Shown: one piece after another, positions 1 to 11,249 of the stretch
Layout: every line of letters starts with the position of its first letter
Position numbering within the stretch: position 1 is the stretch's first letter
DNA from: Vicinamibacteria bacterium
Lineage (GTDB): Bacteria > Acidobacteriota > Vicinamibacteria > Marinacidobacterales > Marinacidobacteraceae
Direction of reading: 5' to 3'
Assembly: GCA_964291235.2 (NCBI GenBank)
Contig: OZ219816.1
Location: 480,001 to 544,000 of the forward strand
Length of the DNA stretch: 64,000 bases
Notes under the pieces: generated by a model
Seen by the model: only the letters and a program-made list of their open reading frames with translations
The model's database searches: none
What the model was told of the DNA's origin: nothing
Position numbers and translations under genes: made by a program

Positions 1-21
1 CTCTTCCGTCCTCGGGTCCTT

Positions 22-51
22 GTTGTCGAGTTCTGGGTTGTCGAGTTCTGG
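22..51. repeat. 2 x 15-bp tandem repeat GTTGTCGAGTTCTGG downstream of rplF
   Basis: Exact duplication at 22-36 and 37-51; flanked by GTCCTCGGG at 8-16 and 51-59. Confidence 0.8.
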
Positions 52-60
52 TCCTCGGGA

Positions 61-594
61 TCAGGCGCCGGTCTTGCCGGCCTTCTTGATGAGGCGTTCG
101 CCGGTATAGCGAACCCCCTTCTGTTTGTACGGGTCCGGTTTTCTGAGGGCGCGCATGCGCGCCGCCAGCTGTCCGACGGCCTGCTTGTCAGCGCCCGACA
201 CGACGACGTGGGTGTTCTTCTCGATCTGTACGTCGATACCGTCAGGGAGCGCCAGCTCGATCGGATGGGAGTAGCCCAGCGCAAAGGAGACGTGGCGGCC
301 TTTCACCTGCGCTCGGTAGCCGACCCCCACGATGTCCAGTTCCTTCTTGAAGCCTTCCGAGACTCCCGTAACCGCGTTCGCGAGGAGCGCCCGGGTCAGC
401 CCCCAATAGGCCCGGTTCCCGGAACTCTCGGCGAGCGACACCTGGGCCACGTTCCCCTCAAGCTGCACACAAACGCCCGGGAGAAGCGGGCTGGTGAGGA
501 CGCCTTTCGGCCCCTTCACGCGAACTTGCGAACTCTCGATCGTGATCGAGACCCCGGACGGAACCGGAATTGACTTGGCGCCTATGCGGGACAT
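61..594 (-). CDS. rplF: 50S ribosomal protein L6
   Basis: MSRIGAKSI start, GVGYRAQ, PDPYKQKGVRY motifs; follows rpsH. Confidence 0.98.
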   Translation of the reverse strand: MSRIGAKSIPVPSGVSITIESSQVRVKGPKGVLTSPLLPGVCVQLEGNVAQVSLAESSGNRAYWGLTRALLANAVTGVSEGFKKELDIVGVGYRAQVKGRHVSFALGYSHPIELALPDGIDVQIEKNTHVVVSGADKQAVGQLAARMRALRKPDPYKQKGVRYTGERLIKKAGKTGA

Positions 595-610
595 GACAAC
601 AACCTTCGGC

Positions 611-1006
611 CTACCACACCTGGCAGAGCACTTCTCCACCTACGCCGAGATGCCGCGCCTGGCGACCCGTCATGACTCCGCGGGACGTGGAAAGCACGGT
701 GATCCCGAGTCCTCCCTGTGCCTTGGGAATCTTCTGGTGCGACACGTAGACGCGGATTCCCGGCCGGGATACCCGCTTCACCCCGCTCAAGGCGTCGCGA
801 TTGCCGGGCAGCCGCCGCAACTTGATTCGGATCGCATCCTGCGGCGGAGAGGGCCGTCGCTCCCAACCGTCCACGTATCCCTCCTCGTGGAGGATGCGGG
901 CGATTTCCTCTTTCAGCGTTGAGGCGGGAATTTCGACGAAGTCATGCCGCGCCTGAATCGCGTTGCGGATTCGGGTGAGCATGTCGGATACCGGGTCAGA
1001 CCACAT
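611..1006 (-). CDS. rpsH: 30S ribosomal protein S8
   Basis: DPVSDMLTRIRNA, SRPGIRVY, GGEVLC. Confidence 0.98.
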   Translation of the reverse strand: MWSDPVSDMLTRIRNAIQARHDFVEIPASTLKEEIARILHEEGYVDGWERRPSPPQDAIRIKLRRLPGNRDALSGVKRVSRPGIRVYVSHQKIPKAQGGLGITVLSTSRGVMTGRQARHLGVGGEVLCQVW

Positions 1007-1018
1007 CAGAAAGCCTCC

Positions 1019-1204
1019 CTACCAGCTCGCCTTGATGACGCCGGGAATCTCTCCCGCAAGCGCCAGCTTCCGGAAACACAAACGGCAGAGTCCGAATTTC
1101 CGCAGATAGGCCCGTGGGCGGCCGCAGCTGAGGCAGCGGCTGTAACGCCGCACCTCAAACTTCGGCCGCTTCTTTGCCTTGGCAATGAGTGACTTCTTCG
1201 CCAA
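1019..1204 (-). CDS. rpsN: 30S ribosomal protein S14, short zinc-binding (type Z) form
   Basis: 61 aa, [19 protein letters not shown]; TTG start. Confidence 0.97.
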   Translation of the reverse strand: MAKKSLIAKAKKRPKFEVRRYSRCLSCGRPRAYLRKFGLCRLCFRKLALAGEIPGVIKASW

Positions 1205-1235
1205 AACCCTTTCCTCTGCTTCTCAGCTCTTGAAA

Positions 1236-1784
1236 CTACGCTTCGCGGCGGGCGAACGGCATTCCGAAGGCGCGCAGTAACTCCCGCGCCTCATCGTCGC
1301 TCGTCGCGGTCGTGCAAATGGTCACGTTCATCCCGCGGGTCTTCTCGATTTTCGAATAGTCGATCTCGGGGAAGACGGACTGGTCCACGAGGCCCAGCGT
1401 GTAATTCCCGCGTCCATCGAAGGCCCGGTCCGAAACCCCGCGAAAGTCGTGCACCCGGGGCAGCGCGATGTTGATCAGTCGGTCCATGAACTCGTACATC
1501 CGGATTCCGCGCAGCGTGACCCGCGCCCCGACCGGCATTCCGTCCCGAATCTTGAAGTTGGCGATGGACTTGCGAGCCCGGGTAACGACCGGCCGCTGTC
1601 CGGCAATCGCCGTGAGATCCGCCACCGCCGCGTCAATGAATTTGTGCTCGCGCGATCCCTCTCCGACGCCCATGTTGATGACAACCTTGGTGACTCGGGG
1701 CACCGCATGAACGCTCGCAATCTCCAGCTTGGTCTTGAGTTCGGGAGCGATTGTCTCCCGATAACGGGAACGAAGGCGGCTCAC
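1236..1784 (-). CDS. rplE: 50S ribosomal protein L5
   Basis: [19 protein letters not shown] motifs. Confidence 0.98.
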   Translation of the reverse strand: MSRLRSRYRETIAPELKTKLEIASVHAVPRVTKVVINMGVGEGSREHKFIDAAVADLTAIAGQRPVVTRARKSIANFKIRDGMPVGARVTLRGIRMYEFMDRLINIALPRVHDFRGVSDRAFDGRGNYTLGLVDQSVFPEIDYSKIEKTRGMNVTICTTATSDDEARELLRAFGMPFARREA

Positions 1785-2140
1785 TTGTCGATCACTCCCT
1801 GAGAACGGACGCTCACCCGGACTTTGCGTCCGTCGGTCAGACGGGTCCTTCCGGTCCGGGTCGGAAGGTTAGTCTCCGGATCCACGATCATGACGTTGCT
1901 GATCGCGATCGTGGCTTCCCGTTCGACCACCCCACCCTTGATGTTCTGCCGCGGGTTCGCCTTGGTGTGCCGCTTGATCATGTTGATTCCCTCAACGAGC
2001 ACACGTCCGGTTTCCGGAAAGACGCGCAGGATCCGTCCCCGCTTGCCCATGTCGCTTCCCGCCGTGACCTGCACCATGTCGTTCTTGCGGACGTGCAGAC
2101 GCCGCGGCGGAGACGCAATCTTCTTCCGGCCCATCGTCAC
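1781..2140 (-). CDS. rplX: 50S ribosomal protein L24
   Basis: KOW-type [28 protein letters not shown]. Confidence 0.97.
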   Translation of the reverse strand: MTMGRKKIASPPRRLHVRKNDMVQVTAGSDMGKRGRILRVFPETGRVLVEGINMIKRHTKANPRQNIKGGVVEREATIAISNVMIVDPETNLPTRTGRTRLTDGRKVRVSVRSQGVIDK

Positions 2141-2505
2141 AAGACCTCCGGCGCCAGCGACACGATCTTCATGAACTGCCGCTCGCGCAGTTCACGGGCA
2201 ACCGGGCCGAAAACCCGAGTTCCGGTGGGTTCGCGCTGTTCGTTGATCAACACGGCGGCGTTGTCGCCGAAGCGGATGTAGGAACCGTCCGCCCTGCGGT
2301 GCTCCTTTCTGGTGCGCACGATCACGGCCTTCACTACCGTGCCCTTCTTGACCGCGCTCCCCGGAGCCGCCTCACGGACCGAAGCCGTAATGACGTCCCC
2401 GAGCCGGGCGATGCGGCCCACCCCGCCCCCGAGCGGCAGAATGCAGGTGACCCGGCGAGCGCCCGAGTTGTCAGCGACCTGCAGCACCGACTGCATCTGA
2501 ATCAT
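2137..2505 (-). CDS. rplN: 50S ribosomal protein L14
   Basis: [35 protein letters not shown]. Confidence 0.98.
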   Translation of the reverse strand: MIQMQSVLQVADNSGARRVTCILPLGGGVGRIARLGDVITASVREAAPGSAVKKGTVVKAVIVRTRKEHRRADGSYIRFGDNAAVLINEQREPTGTRVFGPVARELRERQFMKIVSLAPEVL

Positions 2506-2747
2506 GTGGCACGCTCCAGAATCTTGAGCAGCCGGAAGCGCTTCGTCCGGGACAAGGGACGACATTCCTCGATCTGAACCCGGTCTCCGACGCGGCCCTC
2601 GTTCTGCTCATCGTGCACCGCAAAGCGCGTGGACTTGCGATACCGGCGCTTGTACAGCCGGTGTTCCACCAGCCGCTCCACACGCACGGTAATGGTTTTC
2701 TCGGCGCCGCTGGCAACCACGGTTCCGCTCCTGATCAGTCTTGGCAT
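2502..2747 (-). CDS. rpsQ: 30S ribosomal protein S17
   Basis: [25 protein letters not shown]. Confidence 0.97.
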   Translation of the reverse strand: MPRLIRSGTVVASGAEKTITVRVERLVEHRLYKRRYRKSTRFAVHDEQNEGRVGDRVQIEECRPLSRTKRFRLLKILERAT

Positions 2748-2794
2748 GACGTTTCTCGTACTGGCCTTGTCGTTGTGGTTCTGCTCGCCGGCTC

Positions 2795-3025
2795 TCAGGA
2801 ACCGGAAGCGTTGCTCCCGGGAGAATCGCTCCCGATCTGGAGCTCACGCTCCCTCATGATGGTTTGGAGTCGGGCAACCTCGCGCCGCAGCATCTTGACC
2901 TTGTGCGTGTGCCCGAGCTGACCCGTAGCGGCTTCCAGCCGGGCATCGAAGAGTTGCCGGGTCACTTCCTGCTGCTTCCGCAGCAGTTCCTCGTGGGTCA
3001 ACTCACGAATCCGGGCTGCCTTCAC
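2795..3025 (-). CDS. rpmC: 50S ribosomal protein L29
   Basis: GTG start overlapping the rplP stop; [21 protein letters not shown]. Confidence 0.93.
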   Translation of the reverse strand: MKAARIRELTHEELLRKQQEVTRQLFDARLEAATGQLGHTHKVKMLRREVARLQTIMRERELQIGSDSPGSNASGS

Positions 3026-3444
3026 GACGTCTCCTCCTCGAAGCGTCCGACGAACTGTGTGCGCACCGGAAGCTTGTGGCCCGCCCGGCGCATCGCCTCG
3101 ACGGCCTGCTCCCGGCTGACGCCTTCCATTTCGAAAAGGACCCGCCCCGGGCGTACCACGGCGACCCATCCTTCGGGGCCGCCCTTTCCCTTACCCATTC
3201 GGGTTTCCTGGGGTTTCTTCGTGAGTGGCTTGTCCGGAAAGATCCGAATCCAGACCCGGCCGGTCCGACGCACGAAACGGGTGATCGCCACCCGCGCCGA
3301 CTCTATCTGGCGATTCGTGATCCATCCCGGTTCGAGCGTCTTGAGACCGAAGTCTCCGAACGCCACGGTCTGCCCCGTCCAGGACTTGCCGCGCATACGG
3401 CCGCGCTGCTGTTTCCGGTACCGGGTCTTCTTCGGCATCAGCAT
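3022..3444 (-). CDS. rplP: 50S ribosomal protein L16
   Basis: [24 protein letters not shown]. Confidence 0.98.
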   Translation of the reverse strand: MLMPKKTRYRKQQRGRMRGKSWTGQTVAFGDFGLKTLEPGWITNRQIESARVAITRFVRRTGRVWIRIFPDKPLTKKPQETRMGKGKGGPEGWVAVVRPGRVLFEMEGVSREQAVEAMRRAGHKLPVRTQFVGRFEEETS

Positions 3445-3475
3445 GGCGTTTTACCTCCCGGATCCTTTCTGGGGC

Positions 3476-4174
3476 TCACCCAGCGCTCGGTCCTTCGGAG
3501 CTGGAAGCTCCCGGCCGCGGCGCGATCTCCGAACTCCCGGACTTACTGACAACATCGCTGACGCCTCGATAGACCCAGCACTTGACGCCGATCTGACCGT
3601 AGGTCGTAAAGGCCTCGGCAAGCCCGTATTCGATGTCGGCGCGCAGCGTGTGAAGGGGGAGTTGCCCCTCCAGGTACCACTCGGCCCGAGCGATGTCGGC
3701 TCCGTTGAGCCGGCCCGCGCAGCGAATCCGAACTCCCTTGGCGCCGTTTCGCATGGTGTTCTCGACGGCCTTCCGCATCGCCCGGCGAAACGCGATGCGC
3801 TTCTCCAACTGGAGGGCGATGGACTCTGCCACCAGCTGCGGGTCGAGCTCCGGCTTGATGACCTCAAGAGGCCGAATGTGGACTTCCTTGCCGGTGCGCT
3901 TACGGAGATCCCGGGTGAGCTTCTCGACCTCGGTCCCCTTGCGCCCAATGATGATTCCGGGTCTCGAGGTGTGGATATAGATGTTGAGCTTGTTGCCCGG
4001 CCTCTCGATCTCGACCCGCGAGATACCCGCGTGGTACAGACGGCGCTTCAGCAGCCGCCGCAGCTTCAGGTCTTCATGTAGCGAATCCCGGTAGGAACTG
4101 TCCGCATACCAGCGGGAGCGCCAGGTCTTGCTGTACCCGAGCCTGAAACCGTGCGGGTGTACTTTTTGACCCAT
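3476..4174 (-). CDS. rpsC: 30S ribosomal protein S3
   Basis: [24 protein letters not shown]. Confidence 0.98.
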   Translation of the reverse strand: MGQKVHPHGFRLGYSKTWRSRWYADSSYRDSLHEDLKLRRLLKRRLYHAGISRVEIERPGNKLNIYIHTSRPGIIIGRKGTEVEKLTRDLRKRTGKEVHIRPLEVIKPELDPQLVAESIALQLEKRIAFRRAMRKAVENTMRNGAKGVRIRCAGRLNGADIARAEWYLEGQLPLHTLRADIEYGLAEAFTTYGQIGVKCWVYRGVSDVVSKSGSSEIAPRPGASSSEGPSAG

Positions 4175-4176
4175 TC

Positions 4177-4536
4177 CTATTCCTCTTCCACGGCAGTCAC
4201 GCGGATCGTGTAGTGGGTGGTCCGCCGCCGGATACGGCGAATGCGGGCCCGGCGGCCACTACGGGCGATCGCCCGCGCCGGTCCCTGGTCGGCAAACGCT
4301 TCGGTAACCATGAGCTTGTCCTCATCGATTCGTTTCGCCTCGCCAAGCGCCTTGGTCTGGGCATTCGCGATCGCCGATCGCAATACCTTTTCGATGATGG
4401 GCGCCGCGGCGCGATTCGTGTTCTGCAACACGGAAATGGCATCCGCCGCCGGCCTGTCCCGTATGAGGTCAAGAACGAGCCGCGCTTTCTGAACCGACCC
4501 AGGGACCGCCGTCGCCCGAGCAACCGCTTCGATCAC
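4177..4536 (-). CDS. rplV: 50S ribosomal protein L22 (divergent hairpin)
   Basis: [20 protein letters not shown]; lies between rpsS and rpsC; GTG start inferred. Confidence 0.93.
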   Translation of the reverse strand: MIEAVARATAVPGSVQKARLVLDLIRDRPAADAISVLQNTNRAAAPIIEKVLRSAIANAQTKALGEAKRIDEDKLMVTEAFADQGPARAIARSGRRARIRRIRRRTTHYTIRVTAVEEE

Positions 4537-4579
4537 CGTCTCACCCCCGTCCACGAGAAGCACGCCGGCATGGGCAGCC

Positions 4580-4864
4580 TCATCGCCGTGCTCTCGACTT
4601 CTCGGACTTCACCTTGTGACCCTTGAAGGTTCGCGTTGGCGAAAACTCACCGAGCTTGTGGCCGACCATGTTGTCCGTGATGTAAACCGGGATGAACTTG
4701 CGGCCGTTGTGCACGGCGAACGTCAGCCCGACCATCTGCGGCACGATCGTGGAGCGCCGCGACCAGGTCTTGATGATCGTCTGCCGACGCGCCGTATGTG
4801 CGTCCTCGACCTTGCGGATCAGGCTTTCCTCGATGTACGGGCCCTTCTGAATCGAACGCGGCAT
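4580..4864 (-). CDS. rpsS: 30S ribosomal protein S19
   Basis: [22 protein letters not shown]. Confidence 0.98.
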   Translation of the reverse strand: MPRSIQKGPYIEESLIRKVEDAHTARRQTIIKTWSRRSTIVPQMVGLTFAVHNGRKFIPVYITDNMVGHKLGEFSPTRTFKGHKVKSEKSRARR

Positions 4865-4910
4865 TCTGTGGTCCTTATGTGATCCCTTCTAGCTCCGGGT
4901 GTTTCCGCGG

Positions 4911-5744
4911 CTACCTTCTCCGGCGGCGGCGGGACCGAACGATCATCGAGTCCGTCCGCTTGTTGTTGCGGGTCTTGTGTCCCTTGGTCGGGACGCCCCA
5001 CGGGCTCACCGGGTGACGTCCTCCGGAACTCTTGCCCTCGCCGCCACCGTGAGGGTGATCCACCGGGTTCATCGTGACTCCCCGGTTGTGCGGCCGGCGT
5101 CCAAGCCAGCGCTTGCGGCCGGCCTTGCCCAGTTTCACGTTCTCGTGATCCACGTTGGACACCTGCCCGATGGTGGCGCGACACTCGCGGAGCACCCGGC
5201 GGACCTCTCCGGAGGGAAGTCGCACCTGCGCGTAGCGTCCCTCCTTGGCAACCAGCTGCACAAACGCTCCCGCGCTGCGGGCCATCTTCCCGCCGCCGCC
5301 GGGACGCAGCTCGACGTTGTGAATCGTGGCGCCGAGCGGGATTCGCTCGATCCGCAGCATGTTTCCCGGCGCGATCTCGGCAGTGTCGCTGGCCATGACG
5401 ACATCACCGACCTGCATGCCCACGGCGTGGAGGATGTAGCGCTTCTCGCCGTCGAGATAGTGCAGGAGAGCGATCCGGGCCGAACGATTGGGGTCGTACT
5501 CGATGGATGCCACCTTGCCGGGGACTTCCGGTTTCGCCCGTCGGAAATCGATCTCGCGGTGACGCCGCTTGTGACCGCCGCCGCGGAACCGGACCGTGAT
5601 ACGCCCGGCGCCATTCCGGCCGCCGCTCTGGCTCTTCCCCCGGGTCAGCCGTTTTTCCGGCGTGGTGGTGGTGAGTTCCTCGAATGTCTGAACGGTGTGG
5701 AACCGCCGTCCGGGGGAGGTCGGTCGGGACTTCTTGATAGCCAC
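4911..5744 (-). CDS. rplB: 50S ribosomal protein L2
   Basis: [21 protein letters not shown]. Confidence 0.99.
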   Translation of the reverse strand: MAIKKSRPTSPGRRFHTVQTFEELTTTTPEKRLTRGKSQSGGRNGAGRITVRFRGGGHKRRHREIDFRRAKPEVPGKVASIEYDPNRSARIALLHYLDGEKRYILHAVGMQVGDVVMASDTAEIAPGNMLRIERIPLGATIHNVELRPGGGGKMARSAGAFVQLVAKEGRYAQVRLPSGEVRRVLRECRATIGQVSNVDHENVKLGKAGRKRWLGRRPHNRGVTMNPVDHPHGGGEGKSSGGRHPVSPWGVPTKGHKTRNNKRTDSMIVRSRRRRRR

Positions 5745-5747
5745 TGC

Positions 5748-6038
5748 TCAGACTCCCTTGAAGATCTCGATGGTGTGGCCCTCTTTCAGGGTCACAAACG
5801 CCTTCTTCCAGTTGGGACGCCGGCCGACGAAACGTCCCCAACGCTTGTTCTTGCCCTGGAAGTTGGAAGTGCGAACGTCCTTTACTTCCACCTCGAAGAG
5901 ACTCTCGACAGCGGTACGGATCTGGATCTTGTTGGCCTTTCGGTCCACCCGAAAACAGACGACGTTCTGAGTCTCGCGAAGACGCTCCGCCTTTTCGGTG
6001 GTGAGCGGCTCAAGAATCACGCGGTCGGCTTCCATCAT
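5748..6038 (-). CDS. rplW: 50S ribosomal protein L23
   Basis: PLTTEKA, ANKIQIR, WKKAFVTL. Confidence 0.96.
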   Translation of the reverse strand: MMEADRVILEPLTTEKAERLRETQNVVCFRVDRKANKIQIRTAVESLFEVEVKDVRTSNFQGKNKRWGRFVGRRPNWKKAFVTLKEGHTIEIFKGV

Positions 6039-6748
6039 CAGCTCCCTGCTTCGGTCAGCTTCTGGGACAGCAAGGTCAGCGCTGAACGCCTGATGAGTAC
6101 GGTCTTCGCCTTGAGCACCTCGTAGCAGTGGAGGGCGGCCACCGAAACGACCTCGACTGTCGGCAGGTTTCTCGTGGACAGGTACAGCTCGTCCGATGGC
6201 GCCGCCTCCACGATGAGCACCCGGGTCTTCTTGGAATGCCACCCGGAATCCCACTCGCCCAGACGCCGCAGCACGGCCTTCGTGGAGGGACCCTCAAGAC
6301 CGAAGTCGTCGAAGATGCGCAGGCGCCCTTCGCCGGCGCAAAGCGAGAGCGCCGAACGAAGCGCGCCACGTTGCATCCGCCCAGGCAGGCGATAGCTGTA
6401 ATCGCGCGGCTGGGGACCGAAGACGGTCCCGCCGCCTCGCCACAACGGAGTCCGGCGGCTTCCAACCCGGGCATTGCCCGTGCCCTTCTGGCGCCAGGGC
6501 TTGCGGCCACCACCGGCAACCAGGCCGCGGCTCCGCGTCGCGTGGGTACCGGCGCGCCGCCCCGCCATGTACTGGCGTACGGCGTCGTAGTGGAGGCCGG
6601 GCTTCACCGGCACGGCGAACACGGCGGGATCAAGCTCCACTTCGCCGCCTCCGGAATCACGGGCCACGACGGACGCGGCGCGCTGTTCCGAATCTTCGGC
6701 TTCCGGTGCGCCTTCCGACGGAAGGGCCTTTTGCTCTGCCACGGTCAC
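6038..6748 (-). CDS. rplD: 50S ribosomal protein L4 with acidic N-terminal extension
   Basis: KPWRQKGTGNAR, GGGTVFGPQPRDY; GTG start approximate. Confidence 0.95.
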   Translation of the reverse strand: MTVAEQKALPSEGAPEAEDSEQRAASVVARDSGGGEVELDPAVFAVPVKPGLHYDAVRQYMAGRRAGTHATRSRGLVAGGGRKPWRQKGTGNARVGSRRTPLWRGGGTVFGPQPRDYSYRLPGRMQRGALRSALSLCAGEGRLRIFDDFGLEGPSTKAVLRRLGEWDSGWHSKKTRVLIVEAAPSDELYLSTRNLPTVEVVSVAALHCYEVLKAKTVLIRRSALTLLSQKLTEAGS

Positions 6749-6774
6749 TCTCGTTGTTCCTGTTGTGTCTCTCG

Positions 6775-7404
6775 TCAGAACTTGCGGATCTCGACGGTGC
6801 CGCCGCGGGGTCCCGGAACGGCGCCCCGCACCGCCACCAGGTTTTCCCCGGCGTCCACGCGCACGATCCGAAGGTTGCGAACCGTCACCCGTTCCCGTCC
6901 ATGCTGGCCCGGAAGCCGGGTACCCGGCAGCACTCGGGACGGCGTTGCGCACATCCCGATGGCGCCCGGCGCCCGATGGAATTTGGAGCCATGCGATTTC
7001 GGCCCGCCGTGGAAGCCATGGCGTTTCATGACGCCGGCAAAACCCTTGCCCTTGCTGACTCCGGTGATCCGGACCACGTCGTTCGGGGAGAAGACCTCGG
7101 CGCCGAGTCGCGACCCGACGTGCAGGTCTTCACCCGCGTCAGCCTGAAACTCTCGGAGTACCTTGGCGGATGGCGCTCCCGCCGACGCCAAGCGGGTGGC
7201 GAGGGCCCGGTTACGCGCCGGCCGGCTGCCCGGTCCCCGCGATTTCTCGAGGCCAACCTGCACCGCCTCGTATCCGTCGGCCCCGACGGTCTTCTTCTGG
7301 ACGACTACGCAGGGGCCCACCCGGATCAGCGTGACCGGAATCACGCGACCGTCGTCCCCAAAGTGCTGGGCCATCCCCAGCTTCGTGCCCAGCAGCCCGT
7401 TCAT
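6775..7404 (-). CDS. rplC: 50S ribosomal protein L3
   Basis: GTKLGM, SKGKGFAGVMKRH, GAVPGP. Confidence 0.98.
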   Translation of the reverse strand: MNGLLGTKLGMAQHFGDDGRVIPVTLIRVGPCVVVQKKTVGADGYEAVQVGLEKSRGPGSRPARNRALATRLASAGAPSAKVLREFQADAGEDLHVGSRLGAEVFSPNDVVRITGVSKGKGFAGVMKRHGFHGGPKSHGSKFHRAPGAIGMCATPSRVLPGTRLPGQHGRERVTVRNLRIVRVDAGENLVAVRGAVPGPRGGTVEIRKF

Positions 7405-7445
7405 CGACCTTCCTCCACGCGTCCTGTTCGCTTGCTTCCCGTTGC

Positions 7446-7778
7446 CTACTTGGCCTGCGGCTCGCCCGCGACCATTGCCTTGATCTCGACGTGAACTCCG
7501 GCCGGGAGATCCAGGCGCGACAGCGCATCCACGGTGGTCGGGGTGGACCCCAGGATGTCGAGCAACCGCTTGTGCGTCCGGAGTTCGAACTGCTCCCGGG
7601 ACTTCTTGTCCACGTGCGGCGAGCGGAGGACGGTGTAGCGGTTCTTCACCGTCGGCAGCGGAATCGGACCGGCCACCGTAGCGCCCGTCCTCTTCGCGGT
7701 CTCCACGATCTCACTCGTGGACTGATCCAGAAGGCGGTGATCGAACGCCTTCAGTCGGATACGGATTTTTTCGTTCAT
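7446..7778 (-). CDS. rpsJ: 30S ribosomal protein S10
   Basis: [24 protein letters not shown]. Confidence 0.98.
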   Translation of the reverse strand: MNEKIRIRLKAFDHRLLDQSTSEIVETAKRTGATVAGPIPLPTVKNRYTVLRSPHVDKKSREQFELRTHKRLLDILGSTPTTVDALSRLDLPAGVHVEIKAMVAGEPQAK

Positions 7779-7816
7779 CTGTTGAAACCCACTTCAGGCG
7801 TTTTCATCCCGCGCGG

Positions 7817-9889
7817 TCAGGCGCTCGCCATGACCTCCGCCATGACGCTTTCGGGAGCTTCTTCGTAAGACCCGAAATGCATCGTGTAGGTCGCCCGCCC
7901 CTGCGTAGCGGAACGGATATCCGTGGCGTAACCAAACATTCCGGCCAGCGGCACCTGCGCTTCCACCACCTGAGCGTTGCCGCGCATGGAGAGGCCGCTG
8001 ATGCGGGCACGCCGCGAATTCAGGTCGCCCATGACTTCTCCGGTGAAGTCATCCGGAGTCACGACCTCCACCTTCATCACCGGCTCGAGAATCACCGGGG
8101 AGCAGCGGCGCAGTGCTTCCTTGACCGCCATGGACCCCGCGATCCGGAACGCGAGCTCCGAACTATCCACGGTGTGGAAGGTGCCGTCATACAGGCGGAC
8201 CGTCACGCCAGTGACGGGATAGCCGGCAAGCGGCCCGGCGGCCATCGCGTCGCGAGCTCCCGCTTCCACCGCCGGAATGAACTCCCGCGGCACGGAGCCG
8301 CCAACGATGTCATTGACGAATTCGAACGGTTCGACGTCATTCGGAGAGACCTCGACCCGCACGTGGCCGTACTGACCCCGGCCGCCGGTCTGCCGGACGT
8401 ACCGTCCTTCGGTCTTCGTGGCCGCCCGGATGGTTTCGCGATAGGCCACGCGGGGCTGTCCCACAACCGCGCCCACCTGGAACTCGCGAAGCAGCCGGTC
8501 CACGAGGATCTCCAGGTGCAATTCGCCCATCCCGCTGATGAGCGTCTGCGCTGTTTCCTGGTCCGTCGTCACCCGGAAGGTGGGGTCTTCGTGGGTCAGC
8601 TTCCCAAGCGCCCCGGCGAGTTTCTCCTGATCGGCCTTCGTCGCCGGCTCGATGACGCGGGAGATGACCGGCTCGGGGAACTCCATCGCCTCGAGGACGA
8701 CGGGAGCGGCGGGAGAGCAGATCGTCTCCCCGGTCCGGGCGTTTCGCAGCCCGACCACCGCCGCGATGTCGCCTGCGTACACCTCGCGGATCTCCTCGCG
8801 CTTGTTGGCGTGAATCTTGAGAAGCCGACCGACGCGTGAGCGCACCGAACGCGTGGAGTTGAGAACGGTGTCGCCCGTCCTCAGGACTCCCGAATAGACC
8901 CGGAAGAACGAGAGCTGACCGACGAACGGGTCGGCCATTACCTTGAAGACGAGCGCCGCAAACGGCGCATCGTCCCTGGCGTCGCGGACGGACGGCGTCG
9001 GGTCCGCGACCGAGGCCATGCCGGTGATCGAGGGCACGTCGGTCGGGGCGGGAAGATAGGCAATCACCGCGTCCAGGAGGGGCTGCACTCCCTTGTTTCG
9101 GAAGGCGGACCCGCACAGGACCGGAACGAGCTGGAGCGAAACGGTGGACCGGCGAAGTGCGGCCGCGCATTCTTCGGGAGTCAGGTCTCCGTTGTGGTCC
9201 CAGGCCTCAAGCGCCGCCATGTCGCATTCGCAGATCTTCTCGATCAGCGCTTCGCGGGCGAGTTGCGCTTCCTCCTCGCGCTCCGGAGCAATCTCGGTTT
9301 CCTCGTAGCGGGCGCCCAGAACATCCCCGTGATACCGGAATTCCTTCATCCGGACGAGGTCCACCACCCCTCCGAAGGCGTCCTCGGCTCCGATGGGAAG
9401 CTGGATTGCGGCCGCGCGGGCACCCAGCCGGTCCTCCATCATGTTGACGACCCGCCCGAAATCCGCGCCCGTCCGATCCATCTTGTTCACGAAGGCGATG
9501 CGGGGCACGCCGTACTTGTCGGCCTGCCGCCAGACCGTCTCCGATTGCGGTTCCACTCCGGCAACCGCACAGAACACGGCTACCGCGCCATCCAGAACCC
9601 GGAGCGACCGCTCCACTTCGGCGGTGAAGTCCACGTGCCCCGGCGTGTCGATGATGTTGACTCGATGGTCCTTCCAGAAACAGGTTGTCGCGGCCGAGGT
9701 GATCGTGATTCCGCGTTCCTGCTCCTGCTCCATCCAATCCATCGTCGCGGTCCCCTCATGAACCTCACCGAGTTTGTAGGTGACGCCGGTGTAGTAGAGG
9801 ATGCGTTCGGTGGTGGTCGTCTTCCCGGCGTCAATGTGCGCCATGATCCCGATGTTCCGGGTGTCGGACAGGGCGACTTTGCGGGGCAT
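7817..9889 (-). CDS. fusA: Elongation factor G
   Basis: [22 protein letters not shown]; 690 aa. Confidence 0.99.
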   Translation of the reverse strand: MPRKVALSDTRNIGIMAHIDAGKTTTTERILYYTGVTYKLGEVHEGTATMDWMEQEQERGITITSAATTCFWKDHRVNIIDTPGHVDFTAEVERSLRVLDGAVAVFCAVAGVEPQSETVWRQADKYGVPRIAFVNKMDRTGADFGRVVNMMEDRLGARAAAIQLPIGAEDAFGGVVDLVRMKEFRYHGDVLGARYEETEIAPEREEEAQLAREALIEKICECDMAALEAWDHNGDLTPEECAAALRRSTVSLQLVPVLCGSAFRNKGVQPLLDAVIAYLPAPTDVPSITGMASVADPTPSVRDARDDAPFAALVFKVMADPFVGQLSFFRVYSGVLRTGDTVLNSTRSVRSRVGRLLKIHANKREEIREVYAGDIAAVVGLRNARTGETICSPAAPVVLEAMEFPEPVISRVIEPATKADQEKLAGALGKLTHEDPTFRVTTDQETAQTLISGMGELHLEILVDRLLREFQVGAVVGQPRVAYRETIRAATKTEGRYVRQTGGRGQYGHVRVEVSPNDVEPFEFVNDIVGGSVPREFIPAVEAGARDAMAAGPLAGYPVTGVTVRLYDGTFHTVDSSELAFRIAGSMAVKEALRRCSPVILEPVMKVEVVTPDDFTGEVMGDLNSRRARISGLSMRGNAQVVEAQVPLAGMFGYATDIRSATQGRATYTMHFGSYEEAPESVMAEVMASA

Positions 9890-10153
9890 TTTGACTGGAG
9901 GGCGGAGTGTTGAACGATGAGTTGGTCAGATAGGAGATGGAGGGAAGAGAGTCTGGAGTGCCTGCGGTTCGCCTGGTGACCAATCGGGAATCGGTCGAGG
10001 GCGGCCCAACGCACGACCCGGACCCAGCAGGACAGAGCCTGCGGGTGGGATTCGTGATGGCTTCCTTAATGGCGGTTCCTCCGGATGTTGTGCTTCGAAT
10101 CGTTGAATTTCGTTCGAATCTCTGTTTTCTCGCGGCGTGCTCTGAGCCGGTGA

Positions 10154-10624
10154 CTACCAGCGGTGGTGGGCGAAGGCCTTGTTCGCCTCCGCCATCTTGT
10201 GGGTGTCTTCCCGCTTCTTGATGGCGCCACCCCGGCTCTGGGAAGCATCGAGCAGTTCGCCCGCCAGCTTCTCCGCCATCGTCTTTTCGGGCCGTTTCCG
10301 CGCGTAGCCGACGATCCAGCGAAGCGACAGCGAAGTCCGCCTCTCGGGGCGGACTTCATACGGCACCTGGACATTGGCGCCGCCCTTTCGGCGACTTTTC
10401 ACCTCGAGGGTCGGTTTGACGTTCTGAACGGCCTCCCGGAAGGTCGTGAGCGGTTCACCGCCCGTCTTCTCCCGGATGCGATCGAAAGCCCCATAGACAA
10501 TCGATTCGGCCGTGGACTTCTTTCCGTCGAGCATCACCTTGTTGATGAACGAGGAGACCAGAACGCTCTGGTAGCGAGCGTCCGCGGCGGGTTGCCGCTT
10601 CGGCACATCACGGCGTCTGGACAT
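10154..10624 (-). CDS. rpsG: 30S ribosomal protein S7
   Basis: [20 protein letters not shown]. Confidence 0.98.
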   Translation of the reverse strand: MSRRRDVPKRQPAADARYQSVLVSSFINKVMLDGKKSTAESIVYGAFDRIREKTGGEPLTTFREAVQNVKPTLEVKSRRKGGANVQVPYEVRPERRTSLSLRWIVGYARKRPEKTMAEKLAGELLDASQSRGGAIKKREDTHKMAEANKAFAHHRW

Positions 10625-10672
10625 GCTGTCGTGCTCCGGATCCGTCTCTTCTCTGAGGCTTGGCTCTAAGGG

Positions 10673-11047
10673 TCAACTCTTCGGCCGCTTGGTTCCGTAC
10701 TTGGATCGGCCGTTCTTGCGTCCATCCACTCCGGTGGCGTCGAGAGCCCCCCGGATGACGTGGTATCGCACGCCCGGGAGATCCTTCACCCGCCCGCCGC
10801 GCAGAAGCACGATGGAGTGTTCCTGCAGGGAGTGCCCCACGCCCGGGATGTAGGTCGTGACCTCGATCCCGTTCGTGAGCCGCACCCGAGCAACCTTCCT
10901 CAAGGCCGAGTTCGGCTTCTTGGGGTTGATCGTAAAGACCCGAACGCATACTCCCCGCCGCTGCGGACACTGTTGAAGCGCCGGAGAGTCGGTGGCCGGG
11001 GCCATCCGCTTCCGCCCACGGCGGACAAGCTGATGAATGGTAGGCAT
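10673..11047 (-). CDS. rpsL: 30S ribosomal protein S12
   Basis: [20 protein letters not shown]. Confidence 0.99.
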   Translation of the reverse strand: MPTIHQLVRRGRKRMAPATDSPALQQCPQRRGVCVRVFTINPKKPNSALRKVARVRLTNGIEVTTYIPGVGHSLQEHSIVLLRGGRVKDLPGVRYHVIRGALDATGVDGRKNGRSKYGTKRPKS

Positions 11048-11219
11048 GGGGAATTCGATCCGAATCAGGAAATGCTGGCCCCTCGCGGGGAAAGGGAAAC
11101 TGGACGTACACCGCCCACCCGTCAGGGCTCGAAATTACGATCGGCGGCCGTCTCCGAGAGGAAGACGCTGACATCCACAACGCTCGAAAAATGCGTATCA
11201 GGCGTGCGGCGGACGAAGG

Positions 11220-11249
11220 ATTTTACGCCCTGGAGCGACCGACTGTCAA
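11220..11249 (-). promoter_or_regulatory. sigma70-type promoter of the str operon
   Basis: Minus strand TTGACA (11249-11244), 18-bp spacer, TAAAAT (11225-11220), upstream of rpsL. Confidence 0.7.

Noticed and set aside
8-59. 15-bp tandem repeat after rplF as a functional element
   Set aside because: Only two copies, at the window edge, with no other copies noticed; probably a slippage duplication
10673-11047. Streptomycin-resistance allele of rpsL
   Set aside because: The K42 and K87 equivalents (PKKPNS, RVKDLP) are unchanged
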